Shown piece by piece: positions 31,961-36,782 of a stretch of DNA of 36,782 bases (its first letter is position 1; every line of letters begins with the position of its first letter). The stretch lies in IMG/VR virus record IMGVR_UViG_3300032253_000017, positions 1 to 36,782 of that record; one strand, given 5' to 3'. The notes under the pieces were generated by a model. That model was not told the DNA's origin. It worked only from the letters and a program-made list of their open reading frames with translations, and did not search any database. The position numbers and the translations under genes are program-made. Origin of the DNA: a virus.

Positions 31961-32719
31961 TCATTTTGTTAGCCTTTCATGTATTTGTTTTACCATCTCA
32001 ACATCATCGTGACAGTAATCTATAACTTTTTGAGGATCTTCTTGCCAGGTATCATAAACCCTTGAGCCGTCCATGCCTTCTGTTTTTCTTTGTAATTTCA
32101 AAACCTCCGCTAATCTGTCCATACTGATTGAATTACCGTAACCAGCCCATGCTTGCATAGTATCATAGCAATTATAACCATGTTTCGCATCAATCCACTT
32201 AACACCTTTACATGGCGTAACGCCATTAATCATTGAGCGTTTCCAGATAAAAGGTAAATCAAACTTGTTTATGTAGTGACCGATAAACATTGGCTTAGTT
32301 ATTTGCGCTCCATTCTTTGAGCATATCTCATTAACAGTAAAATGAAAATCATCTAGCATGTTGCGCTCTGTTGTTATGTGATCATTAGTGAATTCTATTT
32401 TCTTGTATTCACCAGAATCAAAGTAACCGATACAAATACAAGCTATTGGCGTAACAGTTGGATCGAAGCTTGTTTTCTCCCACTTAGTATGAGCAACTTC
32501 AACCGCTTTTTCTTCTTTGAATCTATCCTCCCATCGTGCAATCATATCAGGCGCACTAGTAAATTTAATTTCTTTACCATCAGTTAAACCTAAATCTTTA
32601 GCAGCTTGAGCTTTAGTTAATCCAGTTGGTGCTTTGAAATTATCTTTAGTATCTTTTAATATTTCAAGCCTTACACTTTCTGGTGCGCGTAGTGTTTCTA
32701 TGTCTATGAAAATTTCCAT
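31961..32719 (-). CDS. 3'-5' exonuclease, DEDD/RNase H-like (PolB-exonuclease-domain type)
   Basis: ExoI is FIDIETLRAP, the mid motif is GHYINKFDLPFIWKR, and ExoIII-like is YCHDDVEMVKQIHERL. Confidence 0.7.
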   Translation of the reverse strand: MEIFIDIETLRAPESVRLEILKDTKDNFKAPTGLTKAQAAKDLGLTDGKEIKFTSAPDMIARWEDRFKEEKAVEVAHTKWEKTSFDPTVTPIACICIGYFDSGEYKKIEFTNDHITTERNMLDDFHFTVNEICSKNGAQITKPMFIGHYINKFDLPFIWKRSMINGVTPCKGVKWIDAKHGYNCYDTMQAWAGYGNSISMDRLAEVLKLQRKTEGMDGSRVYDTWQEDPQKVIDYCHDDVEMVKQIHERLTK

Positions 32720-33309
32720 TATGCTTTTAACTCCATTATTTGCTGCCTAACTTTTTTATTTATCGCATAACCTGATCCTTGCAGTGATTTAATTATGCTG
32801 TCGTTTGTTTCACCATTAGATAAGGCGTCAATCATGCTTTGTTTGTCAATCTCGAATGAATTGTACCAATCAGTCTCGTTGTGCTGTGCCGTACCTTTTG
32901 TTGCGCTACCTGCATCATCATCTTCTTGCGCCAACCCTAGCACAGCCGCATATTGATAACGCCTAAAATACGTCACACTAGCACCAAGAACCTGAGCCGG
33001 ATTATTAGCACCACCTCCGGCTAACTTAGCGATAGGAATAATACAAGATTCTGTCATATACTCACCGCTAGAGTGACCTAAAATAGTTTCAATAGTGGTG
33101 TTGCTATTATCATCACTACCTAGAAACTGGATAACGCTTAATCCATTTTTTGCTAAAATAGGTTTCGCAGCATCAATACATGCACCAAGCGTAGCGTACT
33201 TATAGCCATGACCCTCTTTTCCTTTTTCAACATTCTCTAACTCACCCTGAAACACTGACACAGCTTTCAACAATTCTTTAATTGATTCTGATTTATTCAT
33301 CTTCGCCAC
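32719..33309 (-). CDS. erf: ERF-family single-strand annealing protein
   Basis: GYKYATLGACIDAAKPILAKNGLSVIQ...HSSGE...GASVTYFRRYQYAAVLGLAQEDDD aligns with P22 Erf as recalled. The start is GTG 33309 or ATG 33300. Confidence 0.8.
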   Translation of the reverse strand: MAKMNKSESIKELLKAVSVFQGELENVEKGKEGHGYKYATLGACIDAAKPILAKNGLSVIQFLGSDDNSNTTIETILGHSSGEYMTESCIIPIAKLAGGGANNPAQVLGASVTYFRRYQYAAVLGLAQEDDDAGSATKGTAQHNETDWYNSFEIDKQSMIDALSNGETNDSIIKSLQGSGYAINKKVRQQIMELKA

Positions 33310-33430
33310 CCGTTAAATTATCTTGATTAGCCTCATGTTGATATTGGCACGCTTCGCAGTAACCATCGCTTGAAATATCCCACTCTAAAAAATCACCGTA
33401 ACAACCTTTACATCCAAATAGTTCAATCAT
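33293..33430 (-). CDS. 45-aa zinc-ribbon peptide
   Basis: Hand translation MIELFGCKGCYGDFLEWDISSDGYCEACQYQHEANQDNLTGGEDE, with two CxxC pairs. Overlaps the erf start. Confidence 0.45.
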   Translation of the reverse strand: MIELFGCKGCYGDFLEWDISSDGYCEACQYQHEANQDNLTGGEDE

Positions 33431-33596
33431 TTTCTTCTACCTCCAAGCTTTCATCACCTACAATAATGTTATGCAACAACCCTTGAACTTGATGAATTGT
33501 AGTTAATTCATTTACCGTTATAAGCAAGCTAAACTGTTGTAGCACTGTTTTTTCTGCTATGCGTAATAACTCATGCATTTCACCTTTTAAATCCAT
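33423..33596 (-). CDS. Hypothetical protein, 57 aa
   Basis: Hand translation MDLKGEMHELLRIAEKTVLQQFSLLITVNELTTIHQVQGLLHNIIVGDESLEVEEND. ATGA overlap downstream. Confidence 0.4.
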   Translation of the reverse strand: MDLKGEMHELLRIAEKTVLQQFSLLITVNELTTIHQVQGLLHNIIVGDESLEVEEND

Positions 33597-33600
33597 CAGT

Positions 33601-33756
33601 TTAATCCTCTACTGTATCAATTGTATATTCACACTCTGAGCAAACTAAATCAGTTTCGCCTAGCTCTATGTACATATTACCTACGCACTCAGGACAAAAG
33701 CTTTCTCCTTCGTTACAGTGTTCTGCTATTTGATTCTCTATATGACAATATTGCAT
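33601..33756 (-). CDS. 51-aa zinc-ribbon peptide; first gene of the long leftward unit
   Basis: Hand translation MQYCHIENQIAEHCNEGESFCPECVGNMYIELGETDLVCSECEYTIDTVED. Confidence 0.45.
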   Translation of the reverse strand: MQYCHIENQIAEHCNEGESFCPECVGNMYIELGETDLVCSECEYTIDTVED

Positions 33757-33784
33757 TTGCGTAAACCTTGTTTGTTGTTGATGT

Positions 33785-33890
33785 ATCTAATTTAGCACAC
33801 TGATTTAGATTGTCAAACCTTTTAACGGTTAATTTCAGTGTTATTTTTAGGTTGACTATTATTGTGTAATGACTTACTGTTTATTTAGAT
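33785..33890. promoter_or_regulatory. Divergent control region with operator-like ATTTAGAT motifs and two candidate promoters
   Basis: ATTTAGAT lies at 33803-33810 and 33883-33890, with an inverted ATCTAA at 33785-33790. The leftward promoter is TTGACA (33816-33811)-N16-TAAATT (33794-33789), with the inverted repeat in its spacer. The rightward promoter is TTGACT (33852)-N17-TACTGT (33875). Confidence 0.4.
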
Positions 33891-33910
33891 TTAACTAATT
33901 AGGTGTATTT

Positions 33911-34060
33911 ATGAGTATTAATATTAAAGTAAACAAGAAAACTAGCGAACAATTAACAGCTCTATCAAGTAAGCGCAAAAATGAAAACGCATTAAATAGA
34001 ACTAAGCAAGATATTGTTGCGGAACTGGTTGAGCAATCATTTAAAAAGGAGTGTAAATAA
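33911..34060 (+). CDS. 49-aa ribbon-helix-helix (Arc/CopG-like) DNA-binding protein
   Basis: Hand translation MSINIKVNKKTSEQLTALSSKRKNENALNRTKQDIVAELVEQSFKKECK, with a beta-strand then two helices. Confidence 0.5.
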   Translation: MSINIKVNKKTSEQLTALSSKRKNENALNRTKQDIVAELVEQSFKKECK

Positions 34061-34161
34061 TGAATAAAGATAATGACGGAAACAAATACGCAGCCATAGC
34101 ACTTGGTTTATTTCTTCTAGCTAGTACAGTAGAGTTTATTTTAACTAACTTAGGAGTTTAA
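34060..34161 (+). CDS. 33-aa single-TM peptide
   Basis: Hand translation MNKDNDGNKYAAIALGLFLLASTVEFILTNLGV. TAATG overlap with the RHH gene. Confidence 0.4.
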   Translation: MNKDNDGNKYAAIALGLFLLASTVEFILTNLGV

Positions 34162-34163
34162 CC

Positions 34164-34340
34164 ATGACTGATGTTATAAATAAAAAATTACAAGAAACTA
34201 TTAAACGCGAGTGTATGATTAAAAGCGCAACTAAAAAAGCTCAAGATGATTATATAGAGCGACAAAATGATGCTAGACATGCGATAGAAGATTTAAAGGA
34301 ACTAGCAAAGGTTGAGCAAGATTATTTAGATTATGAATAA
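34164..34340 (+). CDS. 58-aa helical/coiled-coil protein
   Basis: Hand translation MTDVINKKLQETIKRECMIKSATKKAQDDYIERQNDARHAIEDLKELAKVEQDYLDYE. Confidence 0.4.
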   Translation: MTDVINKKLQETIKRECMIKSATKKAQDDYIERQNDARHAIEDLKELAKVEQDYLDYE

Positions 34341-34367
34341 AATTGTTGAGTTGTTATATAATTTACT

Positions 34368-34399
34368 AAAAAGATAAGCGCCAATTAAGGCGCTTTTTT
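34368..34399. terminator. Bidirectional rho-independent terminator between the + island and ssb
   Basis: 7-bp stem AAGCGCC (34376-34382) with GGCGCTT (34389-34395) and a 6-nt loop. A T-run follows on the + strand, and ATCTTTTT follows on the - strand. Confidence 0.7.
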
Positions 34400-34404
34400 A
34401 TTAT

Positions 34405-34881
34405 CTATTGTTGTTGGTTATAATAACCTTGTTGATTAGGTTGTTGTGCTTTGTCCTGCTGATTAAATCCCTGTTGGTTATTCTGCTGAAAACCCTGCTG
34501 TTGGAATCCTTGTTGTGGTCGCGCCTGTGTTTGGCTTGGCTGGTTGCTTGGCTTACTATCTAGCATTTCCATCTGGAATACTTTTATTTCAGTGCTGTAT
34601 TGATCAACACCTTCTTTGTTTTGCCATTTACGCGTTTCTAGCTTACCCTCAACGTACAACTTAGAGCCTTTCTTAACGTACTCGCCAACAACCTCCGCCA
34701 AACGACCACTAAAAACTAATTTAGACCACTCTGTCTTTTCTTTCTGCTCACCCGTTTGCTTATCCTTCCACTTCTCGCTAGTGGCTAAAGTTAAATTTGC
34801 AAATGCTGTACCTGACTGACTGAATCTTACTTCTGGATCTTGACCGATATTTCCCAGAAGAATTACTTTATTTATACTCAT
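34405..34881 (-). CDS. ssb: Single-stranded DNA-binding protein (OB-fold) with a Q/N-rich tail lacking the acidic tip
   Basis: The N-terminus [20 protein letters not shown]...[37 protein letters not shown] is canonical for SSB. The C-terminus ends ...GYYNQQQ rather than DDDIPF. Confidence 0.9.
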   Translation of the reverse strand: MSINKVILLGNIGQDPEVRFSQSGTAFANLTLATSEKWKDKQTGEQKEKTEWSKLVFSGRLAEVVGEYVKKGSKLYVEGKLETRKWQNKEGVDQYSTEIKVFQMEMLDSKPSNQPSQTQARPQQGFQQQGFQQNNQQGFNQQDKAQQPNQQGYYNQQQ

Positions 34882-34903
34882 GCTCTTTACTCTCTTTTGT
34901 TGT

Positions 34904-35107
34904 TTAAAGGTTGGCTTTCTTTATTGCTATGACTTCCTCTGCTGTAAAGCCAGAATTTTTTAACTTGATCATATCATCTACACTTGTTGATACTTCATAC
35001 TGTTCAATATCAATAGGAATAAATCCAGCCATACATACAACTAAACTCCCTTTATTGTCAGTTACATTTCCAGTTACTACGTCATATTTTAAATATTGCT
35101 CTTTCAT
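34904..35107 (-). CDS. Hypothetical protein, 67 aa
   Basis: ATG preceded by AGAGGGTTATAGG. The C-terminus is [22 protein letters not shown]. Confidence 0.5.
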   Translation of the reverse strand: MKEQYLKYDVVTGNVTDNKGSLVVCMAGFIPIDIEQYEVSTSVDDMIKLKNSGFTAEEVIAIKKANL

Positions 35108-35120
35108 CCTATAACCCTCT

Positions 35121-35339
35121 CTATTTGTGATTGGTTTTATCAGAAATATTTCTAATAATATTCTTTTTACTTTGTAACTTTAACTCTAATCTATTAACTG
35201 TGTTTTTCAATGCCGCTATCTCTCCTTTTTGGTCGAATATAATTTCATCGCGCATAGATATAATTCTGTTAAAGTTTTCCTGAGTCATATCCATGCGCTT
35301 ATCTTTTGGTGGTGTCATTCCTTCGCCATGCCAAGCCAT
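35121..35339 (-). CDS. Hypothetical coiled-coil protein, 72 aa
   Basis: ATG preceded by AGAGGGTTATAAG. Heptad-like segment KGEIAALKNTVNRLELKLQ. Confidence 0.5.
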   Translation of the reverse strand: MAWHGEGMTPPKDKRMDMTQENFNRIISMRDEIIFDQKGEIAALKNTVNRLELKLQSKKNIIRNISDKTNHK

Positions 35340-35453
35340 CTTATAACCCTCTGTAAAACATTATTGAATCTATACGTAAGCCCTTAAACCAGTAATACCT
35401 TAATTGTGTAGGGTAATGATTGTTTAGTGCTATACGTGCTTGTTGTAATCTGT

Positions 35454-35819
35454 TCATACCTGTGGCTCTAAATAATCATTTAAAACTTCCTGCAATTCAT
35501 CGTCAAGATAAAAAACCTCTGCACTTGCTAGTGTTAATATTTTCCTGTACTTGTTAACTTCTGGCATAACCTCAAAAAACAAATACGAGTCGCTATAAAA
35601 CATATTTATTTTGCAATGATTATTAATTGCATCATCTTCCGCCATTGAAATATCATAAGTAACACGTTCCTTTTCAAAGAAAATCATGTATCTCTCTTTT
35701 GTTTTGATAGCGTAGTCATTTTTATATGATAAAGAAATAAAATTATCAGCCTTATCTACAATTGACTGTAACTCACTCTTTGTTTTATCTGACAAATAAC
35801 CTTTTGCATAACCTTTCAT
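35454..35819 (-). CDS. Hypothetical protein, 121 aa
   Basis: ATG preceded by AACAAAGGAGATATAAAC. First ORF after the 737-bp non-coding region. Confidence 0.6.
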   Translation of the reverse strand: MKGYAKGYLSDKTKSELQSIVDKADNFISLSYKNDYAIKTKERYMIFFEKERVTYDISMAEDDAINNHCKINMFYSDSYLFFEVMPEVNKYRKILTLASAEVFYLDDELQEVLNDYLEPQV

Positions 35820-36556
35820 GTTTATATCTCCTTTGTTAAATTTAAAATATAGCAGTCATTAGATACGTTAGTGCATGGATGAGATGTCTTTATCTCAATA
35901 TATACTTAACTATCTTTATGCGCCATTACTGGTAAAACAATATAAATTAGTATCAGCCTAACTTTTCACAATCCTTGTTGGTAGTCCACACCATAAACCA
36001 TGCACAAAACAGCTGTATATCCGCGTATCTAAACGTCAATTTATATTAAGTTGTAACTAAATTGCTATTTTTATTGTTATTAGCTAAACATTAGGGATTT
36101 TTACAAGATACCAATTAACTTGGCAGTATTAATCTGTATAGTGAAATGAGCTGGGTTTCAACAAACCGCATAGAAATATAAAATTGACTAGAAATTATAT
36201 TCATATAGATAATTGACTAGATCACCTATACACCAACTCACTTCACTTATACAGACTATAGAAGCTTTGAAAGGGATTGTGTCTGGGTAGCTTTAGATTA
36301 GCCAACGGACGTGCTGTTAAACTATTTTACGGTTACTAATCAACCAGACACAAAAAAGGGCTTATAAATTCAAACCCTAGCAACTCGGGGTAGATATAGC
36401 ATAAGTGGAAGTTTCCCACGAATGCTAAGACCTGAACTTATAAACCCTAATTACTATATCTATACACAGCTTCCACACTGCAATTACTATTGTACTATGT
36501 TATTCCTTATTTGCAAGTTTAAAGTTTGCGGCCTTTACACCGCGTTAATTTACATA
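35820..36556. other. 737-bp ORF-free, AT-rich, repeat-bearing region (candidate origin / ncRNA / regulatory locus)
   Basis: I tabulated all minus-strand stops, and the longest open stretch is 35 codons. The supplied track has no + ORF of 60 aa or more here. The region contains several direct and inverted repeats, described in the findings. Confidence 0.7.
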
Positions 36557-36751
36557 CTAGCCATCGCCAGAGCCATCGCCAGAGCCATCGCCAGAGCCAT
36601 CGCCAGAGCCATAGCCATCGCCATAGCCAGAGCCATCGCCAGAGCCATAGCCATCGCCATAGCCATAGCCATAGCCAGAGCCATCGCCAGAGCCATCGCC
36701 AGAGCCATAGCCATAGCCTTTTTTATCTTTATCTGTGATTACTCTTTCCAT
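36557..36751 (-). CDS. Putative 64-aa peptide: leader MERVITDKDKK followed by a (Gly-[Tyr/Ser/Asp])27 repeat
   Basis: The ATG overlaps the stop of the 121-aa gene (ATGGAAAGAGTAA), and a GAGAG run lies 9-13 nt upstream. Five of six frames are open through the repeat, so coding status is unproven. Confidence 0.45.
   Translation of the reverse strand: MERVITDKDKKGYGYGSGDGSGDGSGYGYGYGDGYGSGDGSGYGDGYGSGDGSGDGSGDGSGDG
36560..36718. repeat. Tandem hexanucleotide array: 26 x GCCA[T/G][A/C] plus GCC (159 bp)
   Basis: Counted unit by unit: 10 GCCATC, 9 GCCAGA and 7 GCCATA, with GCCATCGCCAGA as the commonest 12-mer. Confidence 0.95.
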
Positions 36752-36782
36752 TCTTTAGCACTCTCAATAAGAGACTTAGCCT

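Noticed and set aside
36277-36353. tRNA gene
   Set aside because: Length and terminal stem are tRNA-like. However, the putative T-loop is ACTAATC (no T54-Psi55-C56/A58 pattern), no D-arm can be paired, and the terminal stem is 10 bp rather than 7 bp.
36560-36718. The hexamer array as a CRISPR-like or spacer-repeat locus
   Set aside because: The units are contiguous 6-mers with no unique spacers, and the period is far too short. No cas genes are present.
36526-36738. 70-aa + strand ORF (…SHRQSHRQSH…) across the hexamer array
   Set aside because: It is only one of five frames that are open through the repeat. It begins at a TTG with no coupling or SD context. It runs antisense to the surrounding minus-strand operon. 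The minus-strand Gly-X frame at least has an ATG coupled to the upstream stop.

Overview
The window is a complete, circularly closing dsDNA phage genome. Bases 1-127 are identical to 36656-36782, so the unique length is 36,655 bp. It is AT-rich by eye and tightly packed, with about 75 protein-coding genes. I saw no tRNA, rRNA or CRISPR array.

Layout:
(i) A rightward (+) early/accessory arm at 567-7476. It holds RHH/HTH-like regulators, three tiny membrane peptides, and about 10 very small ORFs joined by a recurring AAAGTAG junction motif. It ends with a resolvase-type small serine recombinase, NinG and a signal-peptide protein.
(ii) One long leftward (-) unit from about 33756 down to 7473.
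- Recombination and lysis genes: Zn-ribbon peptides, an Erf annealase, a PolB-exo-like exonuclease, an M15 endolysin, an HNH-AP2 homing endonuclease, and holin/spanin-like membrane proteins.
- A beta-helix fibre carrying 7 x 24-aa repeats.
- Head genes: TerS, a PBSX-type TerL, portal, a MuF-like protein, scaffold and capsid.
- Tail genes: neck proteins, tail tube, a G/G-T chaperone with an A_AAA_AAG slippery site, tape measure, Dit/Tal-like proteins, and collagen-like/LamG-like fibres. This is a siphovirus-type layout.
(iii) A short + island at 33911-34340 (RHH protein, TM peptide, coiled coil) that faces ssb across a bidirectional terminator.
(iv) Leftward early genes at 35819-34405 and 449-84. 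The second group continues across the circular junction into a (Gly-X)27 repeat ORF built from 26 GCCAKM hexamers, followed by a 737-bp ORF-free, repeat-rich region.

I recognised no integrase of the tyrosine type, no CI-like repressor, and no polymerase, primase or helicase.

Most unusual items:
- the hexamer array / Gly-X ORF and the adjacent non-coding region;
- the AAAGTAG junction cassettes;
- GGTGAG-type inverted repeats flanking the serine recombinase;
- a tape-measure gene whose first 91 codons contain no ATG, GTG or TTG.

All functional calls come from reading the translations and recalling family motifs. No database search was run.
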